A DNA stretch of 64,000 nt from a virus. The notes under the pieces are model-generated. The model was not told the origin of the DNA, did not search any database, and was given only the letters and a program-made list of their open reading frames with translations. Below are positions 34,345 through 45,197 of the stretch, piece after piece (position 1 is the first letter of the stretch; the number at the start of each line of letters is the position of its first letter). The stretch spans positions 21,904 through 85,903 of the IMG/VR virus record IMGVR_UViG_3300031707_002920. One strand, 5' to 3'. Both the position numbers and the translations under genes were made by a program.

Positions 34345-35366
34345 TCCTCACAATCAAAATCAAACATGGAGTAGACCTATCTGTCGAGCTTGAAAAGGCT
34401 CGCCGGATAGCTGTGTTTGCTTTGAAGACTGGATCACGTAGCTCGAAGGACGTTAAACACTTCGGTCTGAAATCAGCGCTGTCAAATCAGGTGCTCAAAA
34501 AGTACAGCGCGAATAAAAAGCTCAAGAGAGTCAGTCGTGTCAAGCTCACGGTGCCTAACCAGTCTGTCAAGGCTGAATCTGAACAACTCTCTATCCCCTG
34601 TCTGAAGCTCAAACTCCCCACTGAGCACTTCAGGTATGAGTTTCAGAAAATCAACCAGATAGAACTCGACAAGACATACGCCTATATTACCGGAGAGGTC
34701 AAAGAGCCGGATCTGATTAAGTCTGAGAAGCACCTTGGTGTTGATCTGAATACCAAAGGCCACTGTGCTGTTATTGGAATTCCTTCTACTGGTGATGTTA
34801 TTAAGCTTGGAAAGAAAGCTCTCCACATTCACACCAAGTACAAAAGCATCAGAAGGAAACTACAGAGCAAGAAGAAGTATAGGAAGCTCAATCAGATCAA
34901 GCGAAGAGAGTCAAATATCGTCCGAGATTTGAATCACAAGATTTCAAAGAAGATAATCTTAACTGCAAAGGAGAATGGCTGCTCGATTAAGTTGGAGAAT
35001 CTCAAGGGAATTCGAAACAACAAAAAACAAGCTCGATCTTTTAAGTACTCCTTATCCTCTTGGTCTTATTTCCAACTACTGACGATGATTCAGTACAAGG
35101 CCAAAAAGTTTGGAGTAGATGTAGGCTTAGTTGATCCCCGCTACACTTCAAAAACGTGTAGTAGATGCGGGACTATAGGCATACGGCAAGATAAGAGCTT
35201 CACGTGTCCGTCATGTGGGCACGTAGATCATGCGGATGCTAATGCTGCCTTTAACATTGCAGCATGGCCTCTAATTGATCCATTGCATACAGACAGAGAT
35301 GTATGTAAAGGGAGCACTGATGCCCCGCAATGTGGAGTAGCCTTATCGAGCGGCGTAGCCGCATGA
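34341..35366 (+). CDS. tnpB: TnpB
   Basis: GVDLN, LENL, YTSKTCSRCG..CPSCG, ADANAAFNI. Confidence 0.92.
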   Translation: MILTIKIKHGVDLSVELEKARRIAVFALKTGSRSSKDVKHFGLKSALSNQVLKKYSANKKLKRVSRVKLTVPNQSVKAESEQLSIPCLKLKLPTEHFRYEFQKINQIELDKTYAYITGEVKEPDLIKSEKHLGVDLNTKGHCAVIGIPSTGDVIKLGKKALHIHTKYKSIRRKLQSKKKYRKLNQIKRRESNIVRDLNHKISKKIILTAKENGCSIKLENLKGIRNNKKQARSFKYSLSSWSYFQLLTMIQYKAKKFGVDVGLVDPRYTSKTCSRCGTIGIRQDKSFTCPSCGHVDHADANAAFNIAAWPLIDPLHTDRDVCKGSTDAPQCGVALSSGVAA

Positions 35367-35550
35367 TGAGCGCAATGGACACAAGAACCCCACGACTTTA
35401 GTCGTGGGAGTACGTCAGATAAAATAACTAAGCGTATTCTTTTATTTAAGCAATATTTAAAAAATTATAGTAGATAAAAACGTATACTATATAAATTATT
35501 ATCATACTCAAGCGCATTACGTTCAGCATTCTGTTTGCGAAAAGGATAAC

Positions 35551-37824
35551 ATGGACAAAGAAGAAATTAGACAGTTATTATATAAAACAGGCGATAAAAA
35601 AGATTTCGTCCATCTTCACTTACATAGTGATTTTTCGCTTAAAGATGGTATTGGTAAACCCAACCAATACGCTAAAAAAGCGCTTGAGATCGGAATGTCT
35701 GCATTAGCAATAACAGATCATGGTAGTATTGGCGCACATCCGTCATTTTTTATGTACTGTAGGTCGGTCAATTTGAAGCCGATTGTCGGTGTCGAAATGT
35801 ACATGCAAAATAGACGGTCAGAAGTAGAAGAATATGACAGGACGATTGATGAATTGAATAAAAAAATCAAGATTTTAAAACAATTTATCAAACGTAAAAG
35901 CGCGAGCAGACAAGTGTTTGAATCGTATGCTGATATCATTAGACAAATACTTGATATGCCAAGTGCTGAATTTGAAGATATTAATACATTAGATTTTTCA
36001 GAAGTTAAAGAAAAAATTAATGAGATAATTAAACATCGGCAGATCGAAGAAAAAGAGTATTCTAAAAATAGGGATATACTTAAGAAGAACCAGCATATTA
36101 TATTGATCGCCAAAAATGAAATTGGTCGAAAAAACATTACAAAAATCGTAAGCGATGCTGCCAGAAATGGATTTTATTATAAACCGCGTACTGCATTAGA
36201 TTTTATAGTCGAAAATAAAAGCGGTATAATCGTTACCACTGCGTGTCTCGCAGGTATAATTAATAACGAGATGTTACAGTTTGAAGACGAAAAGGCAGCA
36301 AGGACAATGGGATTAAATGTAGCTAAAAAGTATAAAGACATTTTCGGCGATGATTTTTATATTGAAATAATGATGATTGATATCGACAAGCAACGATTAG
36401 TAAATAAATTGTTATTAGAAATTGCAAAAGAATTAGATATAAAGTTTATCGTGACGAACGACGTCCACTACATTGACAAAGACGGCGCAAAAGCTCAAGA
36501 GATATCTTTAATGCTCGGCTCTAAAGATGAAGGCGAGCAGGTTACGATGAAAGATAAGAAGAGATTGAATGCCATGAGAGAGATATTAGATGCTATAGGA
36601 GAAAATAATTCGCCTGAACACGTTAGGGCAGTATATAACGATTTTATTGAGCTCGATCGGTTTAAAGAATTCAAGTCATCGAATAAAGAAACTAGTATCG
36701 TTTTTGATGAAATAATGGATATTGTTGTTGGTAAGAAAAAATTTAAAAAAGTGTGGGAGTTTTCTACTAAAGATTTTTGGTTTAAAGATCGACATCAGAT
36801 GATTGATGCTTATATAGATCAAGGTCATCATGAATATATTGAGATTGATGATTTTAGACAAGCGTTAGATAATACAATTAAAGTAGCAAATAAAGTCGAG
36901 ACATGGGATTGGGATACTACGGAGAAGTTACCAAAAATAGATACTGGTAATTTAAGTAGTTACGATTTTTTAGTTTCACTAACTAGAGAAGGTTGGTCAC
37001 GTAAAGCTGAAGAGCACTGGTATGATGAAAGTAGTGAATATGCTAAACGAGTTAAATATGAATTGAGCGTAATTAGACGGACGCAGATGGCAGATTATTT
37101 CCTCATTGTTGCAGATTATATTAAGTATGCTAAGTCCCATAATGTGCTGGTAGGCGGAGCAAGAGGGTGTTTCGTTCCAGACTCTTTAATTAGAATGGCA
37201 GATAATACAGTAAAGTCAATTCAAGATGTGCAAGTTGGAGATAATGTAAAAAATCTTTTTTTGCACGATGTTGAAGTTTGTAATAAATTCATTTATGAAA
37301 TCGAGGAAAATATTGTAGAATTAAAATTTGATGACAAGATCATTAAATGCACATGTGATCATAAGTTTTTAACTAAAAATAGAGGTTGGGTAAAAGCAAT
37401 AAATTTAACTGACACTGATGAAGTAGTATTATTTGATTTAGGATTTAAAAATTTAAGTGAATTTCAACGAGAAATTGTTCCAATTTCAAAAACAATCAAA
37501 TTAACATCTAAAAAAATAATTCCTTATAAAGGTAAAGTGTTTGATTTAGCTGTTAAATCAGATGATAAGTCTTATAATGTGCAAGATATTGTTGTTCATA
37601 ATTCTTCGTGCGGGAGCCTTGTCTGTTATTTACTTGATATCACGAACATTGATCCTTTGAAGCATGATTTGTTGTTTGAAAGATTTTTGAGTATGTCTAG
37701 GAGTATGGCTATATATGATTTAACAGTGTCTACATTTAAAGAAATAGATGACAAAGTTGAGTTATTTTTAGGCGATGACTTTGAAGATTGGTCGAATAAT
37801 AGACTTGTGAGGTTAAACGAATGA
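35551..37824 (+). CDS. dnaE: DNA polymerase III alpha, N-terminal gene (PHP + start of palm), one intein
   Basis: FVHLHLHS.FS..DG, AITDHG, TNDVHY, RG|S.CGSLV.Y...IDP....LLFERFL. Confidence 0.92.
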   Translation: MDKEEIRQLLYKTGDKKDFVHLHLHSDFSLKDGIGKPNQYAKKALEIGMSALAITDHGSIGAHPSFFMYCRSVNLKPIVGVEMYMQNRRSEVEEYDRTIDELNKKIKILKQFIKRKSASRQVFESYADIIRQILDMPSAEFEDINTLDFSEVKEKINEIIKHRQIEEKEYSKNRDILKKNQHIILIAKNEIGRKNITKIVSDAARNGFYYKPRTALDFIVENKSGIIVTTACLAGIINNEMLQFEDEKAARTMGLNVAKKYKDIFGDDFYIEIMMIDIDKQRLVNKLLLEIAKELDIKFIVTNDVHYIDKDGAKAQEISLMLGSKDEGEQVTMKDKKRLNAMREILDAIGENNSPEHVRAVYNDFIELDRFKEFKSSNKETSIVFDEIMDIVVGKKKFKKVWEFSTKDFWFKDRHQMIDAYIDQGHHEYIEIDDFRQALDNTIKVANKVETWDWDTTEKLPKIDTGNLSSYDFLVSLTREGWSRKAEEHWYDESSEYAKRVKYELSVIRRTQMADYFLIVADYIKYAKSHNVLVGGARGCFVPDSLIRMADNTVKSIQDVQVGDNVKNLFLHDVEVCNKFIYEIEENIVELKFDDKIIKCTCDHKFLTKNRGWVKAINLTDTDEVVLFDLGFKNLSEFQREIVPISKTIKLTSKKIIPYKGKVFDLAVKSDDKSYNVQDIVVHNSSCGSLVCYLLDITNIDPLKHDLLFERFLSMSRSMAIYDLTVSTFKEIDDKVELFLGDDFEDWSNNRLVRLNE
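37168..37602 (+). mobile_element. mini-intein 1 (145 aa)
   Basis: GARG|CFVPD...TCDHKF...VVHN|S. Confidence 0.9.
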
Positions 37825-38015
37825 AATTTCGTTTTTTAAAAGATGTCACAGTTTATAGTTGCATAATAATATAGATTTTAGTAAGTTATCATCATTTTTG
37901 AATAATTAAATTATGAACATGCGATGAGCCACAATTCACAAGGTTTTAACTCTCGATGGTTATGCTCACTAAAAATAATTGTTGACAATAAACTGGAGTG
38001 TTATACATTAAGATT

Positions 38016-41000
38016 ATGAATAAAGCCATAACAAAATTAGATTATATACAATATCTTTGTGAGCGAAAGTTAAAAAATTTATCATTAGAAAACGATGAAT
38101 ACATTCAACAACTTGAAAGAGAACTTACAAATATTGACGTGCAAGATTTGCAAGATTATGTGATTAATTTGATTAAAAACAAGACAAAAATTGACAGACA
38201 TGGTTCGTTAATCTATTATCTTATTGGCGTGTCTGATATCGATCCAATTAAAAATAAAATACCTATTAAAGTTAAAAAACAGTCTTCGTTTCCCGATATT
38301 GACTCAGATTTTAGCATGAATGAAAGGGAAGAAGTCGTAAAGTATTTCATTAATAAATATGGAAGTGATCACGTCGCGCCGATTGGATCGTATGGTCAAA
38401 TGAAAATGAAAATGGTTATGAGAGATATTGCTAGGATTTTTGATGTAGATTTAAATGACACGAATGAAGTTGTAAAAAATCTTGGCGAAGATGTTGATGC
38501 AATGACAGAAGAAGAATTTGATGTAGCAATTGCTATCGAACCAGGCGAAGACGGTTTCAGGAACGATTTATATGAATTGAGAAAATATCTCGAACGACAT
38601 CCTGAAGTACGAGAAATATTATTCAAACTTAAAGGTCAATTGCGACATCTTACCAAACATCCTGCCGGCGTGGTTGCGACTCCTACCAAAATTGATGAGA
38701 CGATTCCATTAATGAGGCACAAAGACGAACTTATAACTAGTTGGGTTGACGGCATTACTCGAAAAGATTTACAATCTTCGGGCTTCATAAAATTCGATAT
38801 TTTGGGACTTAAGACATTGACGATTATTAAAGAAATTCTTGAACTTATTAGGAATCGTAAGTCGTATAATAAAAATGCAGACTTTGATCTTCAGTCAATT
38901 GATAGAGGTCAAATAACGTCATTACTTTATGAAGAATTTTCAAGCAAATTACCGTTAGACGGTAATGACATTATTTATGAAAGATTCAGAAATACAGATA
39001 CTAATGGCATTTTTCAATTTGAATGTATTGCCGGCGATTCATGGATCGGTAATTATAGAATAAAAGAGTTATACAAAGACTTTTTGAGAGGACCGGTACA
39101 TAAAATTGGATGTGTAGACATTAAGAAAAAAAGAAAAATTAGACAAATTGTTTACGCGATGAAGAAACAAGAAAGAGAAGTATATCGAGTGGTTGTCGAT
39201 TATGATAATAGATGCATTGAAACTTCTATTTTGCACGAATATTATACTCCGAAAAGTTGGAAAAAGCTGCAAGATTTGAAAATCGGTGATAAGATACTTA
39301 TCGACACTGAAAGATGTAGGACTCAATATTATTGTCCTGTCTCACAAACAGTGATGGATGTGTTAGGCATTAAAACTGGTTGTGAAGAATGTATTAAAAA
39401 CGGCAAGAGAATCTGTAAAACGCAAGTATTGAAAAAATTTAGACAAGTTAAAATTCGATATAAATTCGTTAAAATAAAGCAAATTGATTTTGTGGGCCTG
39501 AAAGAGGTTTATGATATTGGATTTTCAAACAAGCAACATCGCAATTACGTCGCAAATGGGTTCGTAGTTCATAATAGTAATTTAATGAAATCATTACTCA
39601 GAGAGATTAAGCCGACTACATTTAATGATATTACTTCTACTACTGCGTTAGGTCGACCGGGACCTTTAGACATGGGCATGCATCATGAATATGCTCAGAG
39701 AAAAAATGGGAAAAAGTTTGATTTTGGATCGCCATTAATTGAAAAATGTTTAAAAGACAGTTTTGGCATATTAACATATCAAGAAGACGTAATGAGACTA
39801 TGCAACATCGTCGCAGGATTTCCATTAGATTTAACTGATACAGTTAGAAAAAATTTGATGAAATCTATCAGAGATAAAGATGCGAAAGATAAAGAAGCAA
39901 AACAGAGAAAAGAAATTCATGAAAAATTCATCAGAGGCTGTGTTGAGCGAGGCCTTAAAGAGCAAATTGCTGAATCGTGGTGGCAAAGTTGTGTATCATT
40001 TGCTCGCTACGGGTTCAATAAGTGTTTAACTGGCGATACTGTTCTTACAAGATGTAACGGCAATCAACATACAAAAAGAAATATTACAATTAGAGAACTA
40101 TATTCAGCCTATAGATCAGACACAAAGGTCGGACAAAAGTATAGAAGATCTGGTTATCCAATAATACATTCAATGATTGATGGTAGAATTAAGATTGAAA
40201 AAATAAAAGATATAGTTTACAATGGTAGAAAGCCAGTATTTAGAATCACAACAGATAATGGGTTCAGTATTAAAGCTACTGACATTCATAGATTTTTAAG
40301 TGAGTTTGGTTGGAAGATGGTTAAAGATTTCAACATTAGTGATTTGATAGCAATTACATTACAAGAATATGATGACTATAAACGAATAGGTTATTATGAT
40401 ATGGATCGAACAAAACGATATGAAAAAGGGTTTGAAGTAACTTATGCAAAAATTGTCAGTATTGAACTTGTTGGTATTGAAGATGTTTATGATGTTGAAA
40501 TGTATGGCGATGAACACAATTTTGTAGCAAATGGATTTATAAGTCATAATTCTCACGCTGTAGCGTACACTGTTCTCAGTTATCAAATGATGTGGTTTAA
40601 AGTGTATTATCCGTTAGAATTTTATGTAGTGTTGTTATCAAATTCAATTAAAGAGAAGTTCGTCGATTATTTTTCCGAGATAATGGGTAAGGGCATCAAC
40701 ATTGTTCCGGCAAATATTAATAAATCAAAAGAAGGATTTACAATACACGGTGAAGATAATAGCATAATGTTTGGATTGGGATATGTCATAGGAGTAGGGC
40801 CGGCAATTATTAATGTAATCACTCAGACACAACCGTTTGATTCATTTATAGATTTTTGGCATAAAACAGAGAGGATTAAAAAAATTGGTAAATCTGCTAT
40901 TGTCGCACTAATAAGTGCTCATGCATTTGATGACTTTGGAGCTCAAAATGAGATGTTAGAAAAGTATTATAAAGTCATTAGACAAGATACAAAATGGGAA

Positions 41001-41528
41001 CGTGATATTGATTATAATGACCGTAGATATGAACACGAGCAATTTGTTGAAGCGTATAGTTTAGATTGGCGAACAAAATTATCAGATAAACAAAAGGCAG
41101 AAGTAACTAAGCTAAATGCTAAATTGTTGACAAAATTAGTGCAACCTAAAGCTAACATGAAAAAAACGATATGGGGCATTATTACTGGTATAATCGAAAA
41201 AACTAGTAAAAACGATAATAATTATTTTTATGTGATGTTGACAGATTCAAAATTTAATATTGTAAAAATCAGAATTCCTTGTTATAATAAAAGATGTAAA
41301 TACGCATTTATTCTTAATCAAGAGTCAGGAAAATATAGGAAAGTACCAGTTCAAGACGTTATTAAAATGGATAATATTTTAGTAGGAGATGCCGAAACAA
41401 GCGAATATATGGATAGAATATTTATTGATTTGTTTGACATTTGTTGCGTGGGTAACGTATATGAGAAAACGATAGAACAAATAGAAAAATTAGCAAAATA
41501 TGACAAGATAGCTGCAGAAGAAGAATAA
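38016..41528 (+). CDS. dnaE: DNA polymerase III alpha, C-terminal gene, two inteins
   Basis: PDIDSDF, KFDILGL, ALGRPGP, YQE, YGFNK|SHAVAY, OB-fold tail. Confidence 0.92.
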   Translation: MNKAITKLDYIQYLCERKLKNLSLENDEYIQQLERELTNIDVQDLQDYVINLIKNKTKIDRHGSLIYYLIGVSDIDPIKNKIPIKVKKQSSFPDIDSDFSMNEREEVVKYFINKYGSDHVAPIGSYGQMKMKMVMRDIARIFDVDLNDTNEVVKNLGEDVDAMTEEEFDVAIAIEPGEDGFRNDLYELRKYLERHPEVREILFKLKGQLRHLTKHPAGVVATPTKIDETIPLMRHKDELITSWVDGITRKDLQSSGFIKFDILGLKTLTIIKEILELIRNRKSYNKNADFDLQSIDRGQITSLLYEEFSSKLPLDGNDIIYERFRNTDTNGIFQFECIAGDSWIGNYRIKELYKDFLRGPVHKIGCVDIKKKRKIRQIVYAMKKQEREVYRVVVDYDNRCIETSILHEYYTPKSWKKLQDLKIGDKILIDTERCRTQYYCPVSQTVMDVLGIKTGCEECIKNGKRICKTQVLKKFRQVKIRYKFVKIKQIDFVGLKEVYDIGFSNKQHRNYVANGFVVHNSNLMKSLLREIKPTTFNDITSTTALGRPGPLDMGMHHEYAQRKNGKKFDFGSPLIEKCLKDSFGILTYQEDVMRLCNIVAGFPLDLTDTVRKNLMKSIRDKDAKDKEAKQRKEIHEKFIRGCVERGLKEQIAESWWQSCVSFARYGFNKCLTGDTVLTRCNGNQHTKRNITIRELYSAYRSDTKVGQKYRRSGYPIIHSMIDGRIKIEKIKDIVYNGRKPVFRITTDNGFSIKATDIHRFLSEFGWKMVKDFNISDLIAITLQEYDDYKRIGYYDMDRTKRYEKGFEVTYAKIVSIELVGIEDVYDVEMYGDEHNFVANGFISHNSHAVAYTVLSYQMMWFKVYYPLEFYVVLLSNSIKEKFVDYFSEIMGKGINIVPANINKSKEGFTIHGEDNSIMFGLGYVIGVGPAIINVITQTQPFDSFIDFWHKTERIKKIGKSAIVALISAHAFDDFGAQNEMLEKYYKVIRQDTKWERDIDYNDRRYEHEQFVEAYSLDWRTKLSDKQKAEVTKLNAKLLTKLVQPKANMKKTIWGIITGIIEKTSKNDNNYFYVMLTDSKFNIVKIRIPCYNKRCKYAFILNQESGKYRKVPVQDVIKMDNILVGDAETSEYMDRIFIDLFDICCVGNVYEKTIEQIEKLAKYDKIAAEEE
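39024..39575 (+). mobile_element. mini-intein 2 (184 aa)
   Basis: IFQFE|CIAGD...VVHN|S. Confidence 0.88.
40023..40550 (+). mobile_element. mini-intein 3 (176 aa)
   Basis: YGFNK|CLTGD...ATDIHRF...ISHN|S. Confidence 0.9.
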
Positions 41529-41577
41529 TTTACTTTAACGTCTTAAATTTGATGTGTTTTTCTGTATATAATATATC

Positions 41578-42138
41578 ATGATGGGAAAAAAAGGCAAACA
41601 AGTAGATTCATTTAAAGTACAATTGTCAGTTCGACAAGAGACATTAGAGATTGATATAAATGACAAATTATATATTCCATCAATCGATGTTTTAACACCT
41701 GCAAAAGCATGTAATATGATGGCTGAGAATCCTGCATTACATGCAAGATGGAACGTGCTTGCTAACGAAGCAGCGATGGATTTTGATAAAGAAAAAATGG
41801 AATTTGATATATGGGTTAAAGAAAGATCAAAACATTATAGAGAAGATTTAGCTGATGTGCTAGGTGGCAAAAGGATAACAGATAAAATGGTTGAAGAATC
41901 TGTGATGACTGATCCAGAATACATGAGGCGTTATAAACAAGTTTTAGAGAAAAAGAAAGATGCTGCAAATATAAGGTCTATTTCATTTGGATTCGGTGAA
42001 CGGGGCGAACGATTAGTCAACATTGTATCAATGATGAAGTCTGAAAAACCATCATCAAATATTAGAAGACAAGACGATGATGATAAAAATGCATTTACTG
42101 ACAGCCCATATCCTATGGATGATACGACTGAAGATTAG
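41578..42138 (+). CDS. putative UvsY-like recombination mediator
   Basis: Helical protein with K.IT.K.VE..V..DPEY, adjacent to SSB and RecA. Confidence 0.5.
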   Translation: MMGKKGKQVDSFKVQLSVRQETLEIDINDKLYIPSIDVLTPAKACNMMAENPALHARWNVLANEAAMDFDKEKMEFDIWVKERSKHYREDLADVLGGKRITDKMVEESVMTDPEYMRRYKQVLEKKKDAANIRSISFGFGERGERLVNIVSMMKSEKPSSNIRRQDDDDKNAFTDSPYPMDDTTED

Positions 42139-42178
42139 AAAAATATGAAAACAAACACAATTAACAAAGGAGTCAGTT

Positions 42179-43441
42179 ATGCACGATGATAACCCGTGGG
42201 CAAAAGAATATGAAGAAAATGCACCGAGAACTAGACGATCTGATATTACAGGTATGACGTGGAAACAGGGTGACAACACTATTCGCATCCTTCCGAATCC
42301 AAAGGGTGGTTTGCCGTTCGTAAAATATACTGTACACTGGATTCCAATGAAGACTAGTAAGAATAATCGGCCAATCATTCACGATGTTAAATTTAAATGT
42401 CCGGTTTGCGAGTTCGTAGGATCATTATGGAGCGAAGTGTATCGGCTTAAAGAAGAAGAAGGAATGACTGATAAAGATCCAGAAATTCAGAAACTGTTAA
42501 AACAAATTGGTGTTTTTCGTGGTAAAAAGACGTATGATATGAATGTCATACATCGAGAAGATTATCGCGCAGACGATTCTAAAATTAAAATTAAAAGATT
42601 AGTTGCAGGACCGACTATTTGGAAACCGATTATCGAACTCGGTAATAGTTCAAAATGGGGGAATCCTTCGACTGCAAGCGCGAAAGGGTATGACTTAACG
42701 ATAACTGTAGATGGTGAAAAACTAAAAAGAGAATATACAGTGCTTCCTGATTCTGAAAGAAAAGCGTTGACAGACGAAGAAATGACGGCTGTTAAAGAAC
42801 GCGCTTATGATCTTGCAAAATTAAGAGTGTTTTCGTCACCTACAGAGATGCTGGATGTCATTGAAAATTCTAAACCACCGCTTGATGGTATCAGTCTGAA
42901 AAAATTGAGAAAATTAATAAAAGGTGATGATGAAGAAGAAACGTCGACGGTTGGTCATGTAAATGAAGAAGATACTCAAGAACGTGCAACTGATACTGAC
43001 GATGATGACGACGATACAACTCCGGCGACTGCTACAGCGTCAATTGCAAAGGCACCGGCACCGGCAAAAGCAACGCCTGATGACGACGATGACAAGGACG
43101 TACCAGATCCAGATGATGACGATGATGACGACAAGACAAAAAAAGAAGTAGCAGAATCGAAAAAAGATTCAAAAGCATTTACAGAAGCAAATGAACCGGC
43201 GGCTGAGTCTGACGATGCTACTGTGACTTTAAATAATATGGATTGTCGTGGTACTTATGATCCTGAAGATATCGGTTGTCAAGATTGCTCATTAGCTAAT
43301 GAATGTCAAGAATTGAAAAAAGAAAAAGAAAAAGCAGCTGTGCCAAAGACGATGGGCAAACAAGGGAAAGCTGGTAAGCAGACCGAAACTACACCTGATG
43401 CAAAACCGGTCGATTCTCCAAAACGTAAATTACCGTTTTAA
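42179..43441 (+). CDS. single-stranded DNA-binding protein (gp32-like) with long acidic tail
   Basis: IRILP, HW, CPVC, GYDLTI...Y; Asp-rich C-terminus. Confidence 0.75.
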   Translation: MHDDNPWAKEYEENAPRTRRSDITGMTWKQGDNTIRILPNPKGGLPFVKYTVHWIPMKTSKNNRPIIHDVKFKCPVCEFVGSLWSEVYRLKEEEGMTDKDPEIQKLLKQIGVFRGKKTYDMNVIHREDYRADDSKIKIKRLVAGPTIWKPIIELGNSSKWGNPSTASAKGYDLTITVDGEKLKREYTVLPDSERKALTDEEMTAVKERAYDLAKLRVFSSPTEMLDVIENSKPPLDGISLKKLRKLIKGDDEEETSTVGHVNEEDTQERATDTDDDDDDTTPATATASIAKAPAPAKATPDDDDDKDVPDPDDDDDDDKTKKEVAESKKDSKAFTEANEPAAESDDATVTLNNMDCRGTYDPEDIGCQDCSLANECQELKKEKEKAAVPKTMGKQGKAGKQTETTPDAKPVDSPKRKLPF

Positions 43442-43449
43442 ATTCAACA

Positions 43450-43485
43450 AAAGTGAGTATTAATTTATAGTACTCACTTTTTTTT
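43450..43485 (+). terminator. intrinsic terminator
   Basis: AAAGTGAGTA...TACTCACTTTTTTTT. Confidence 0.7.
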
Positions 43486-43500
43486 GAAAAGGAGATTAAT

Positions 43501-44850
43501 ATGTCTAATGATGAAAATATTGAAATCGAAAGTGAAGAAGAGTCTTTAGATGAAAGTTCGGGAAGACGTAAAAAAGAACGAAAACTAATGACTGTGACTG
43601 CTGCTGCTATAATACAAAAACGTTTTGGTCGATCGATTGTACCTGCTGGCAATAAATATAAAGATTTACCGAAAGCGATATCTACTGGTTCAATACTTCT
43701 CGATAATGCGATAGGACCTTGTAAGGGCTATCCATACGGTTCGGTAATCGAAGTTTTTGGCTGGGAAGGCGCAGGCAAAACGTTAATGCTTTATCTTGCA
43801 ATCGCTGAATCTCAGAGAAATTGTCCTGAAAAACCATGTGTATTAATTGATGCTGAACGTCAATTTCAATTTCAGGCAAAATGGGCTGCCCAAGTCGGTG
43901 TTGACATTGAGAAATTAATTGTTATTCCCGTGTCCACAGCTGAAGAGGCATTTGACATAATGCATGCTCTCGTTCTTGGCGAACACGAAGTCGATAAAAA
44001 GACTAATCAAGTCGTTCGAGTCATTACGCCCGGTAATTATGCGATCATCGGTATTGATAGCGTCACCCAATTAGTGTCGACCACTGACGCGACAAAAGGT
44101 ATGGAACAAACTAGACAGAGAGGGACACAAGCATCTGCTATCGGTCTCGGTCTTAAAAAAGTTACATCAGCAATGGCCAGGTCAGACGTCGATTCAAAAA
44201 CCATATTGTATTTCATCAATCAACTAAGGAAAAATCCAAATAAGCGATTTGGCAATCCCGAATACAGAACAGGCGGAAACGCACTACCTTTTTATGATAC
44301 GATTGCAATTAAAGTGGCAAAAGTATGGGATTCAGAGGTAAGAAATGAAAATAGTGAAATAATATCTCACGATGTAAAAGTCACATTTGAGAAGAATAAA
44401 GCAGGTTCAATGCCAGAAGAAGCAATAGTATTTACATTGAAACATGATGGTACAGGCGTTGATAACCAAAAAGAATTATTTGATGTCGCAATGTTGAATG
44501 GTATTTTGAAAGAATTTGAAGTACAAAAAGACGACAAAGTCGTTTTACGATATAATTTTGTTAATGAAAATGGCGAGAAATTATATCCTGATCTTAAAGA
44601 CTTTGGCAAAAAGAAGTTTGAAACAGTTTTAGATGAAAATCCAAAGATTAAAGATAGAATTCAACTATTGATTGAAGATAAAAAAATATTTGTTAAAAAA
44701 GACAATGTAAAAGAGACTATTCCTGAATCAGTATATTCTGACAGTGAAGAAGACGAAACAGAAACAATTGAAGACGCTGAAGAAAATCTTGAAGATAAAG
44801 AATCTAGAAGAGACAGACGAGAAAAGAAAAGATCACTCAAGATCAAATAA
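43501..44850 (+). CDS. recA: RecA/UvsX recombinase
   Basis: ISTGSILLD.AIG..GYP, GWEGAGKT, IDAE, IDSV, FINQLR, TGGNAL.FY, KNK. Confidence 0.92.
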   Translation: MSNDENIEIESEEESLDESSGRRKKERKLMTVTAAAIIQKRFGRSIVPAGNKYKDLPKAISTGSILLDNAIGPCKGYPYGSVIEVFGWEGAGKTLMLYLAIAESQRNCPEKPCVLIDAERQFQFQAKWAAQVGVDIEKLIVIPVSTAEEAFDIMHALVLGEHEVDKKTNQVVRVITPGNYAIIGIDSVTQLVSTTDATKGMEQTRQRGTQASAIGLGLKKVTSAMARSDVDSKTILYFINQLRKNPNKRFGNPEYRTGGNALPFYDTIAIKVAKVWDSEVRNENSEIISHDVKVTFEKNKAGSMPEEAIVFTLKHDGTGVDNQKELFDVAMLNGILKEFEVQKDDKVVLRYNFVNENGEKLYPDLKDFGKKKFETVLDENPKIKDRIQLLIEDKKIFVKKDNVKETIPESVYSDSEEDETETIEDAEENLEDKESRRDRREKKRSLKIK

Positions 44851-44852
44851 TT

Positions 44853-45197
44853 ATGGATAAGCATCAAATCCTTTATCAACTATCTCAAGTATATTGTCGA
44901 TTAATGCCATCTAACATTTCGGGCGTAGGCGTCTTTGCGATCAAACTAATTCCCCAAGGAACTGATCCTTTTGTCGGATGCTTCTCTGACGAGTATATAG
45001 AGGTAACATCACAAGAATTACAGACAGTTGATCTCGCTGTGCAAGCATATGTTAAAGACATTTGCGCTTTCCAAGAGGGTAAGTATTTTTTACCATCGTG
45101 CGGGATACCACGAATTGATATGTCATTTTTTCTAAACCACTCTTTCCATCCTAACATGCAATCATTCGATTTGGGTGATAAATTTATGCTCCTGTGA
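44853..45197 (+). pseudogene. SET-domain protein truncated by tnpB element
   Basis: S.I.GVGVFAI..IP.GT, FLNHS..PN; IS starts after TTTAT at 45187. Confidence 0.75.

Larger units (their letters stand above)
33836..35418 (+). mobile_element. complete IS605-type element (tnpA + tnpB)
   Basis: After TTTAC; hairpins CCCACGACTTCAGTCGTGGG and CCCACGACTTTAGTCGTGGG; ends TCAG. Confidence 0.9.

Noticed and set aside
37824-38016. Split intein joining the two dnaE genes
   Set aside because: Gene 1 does not end in an N-intein and gene 2 does not start with a C-intein.
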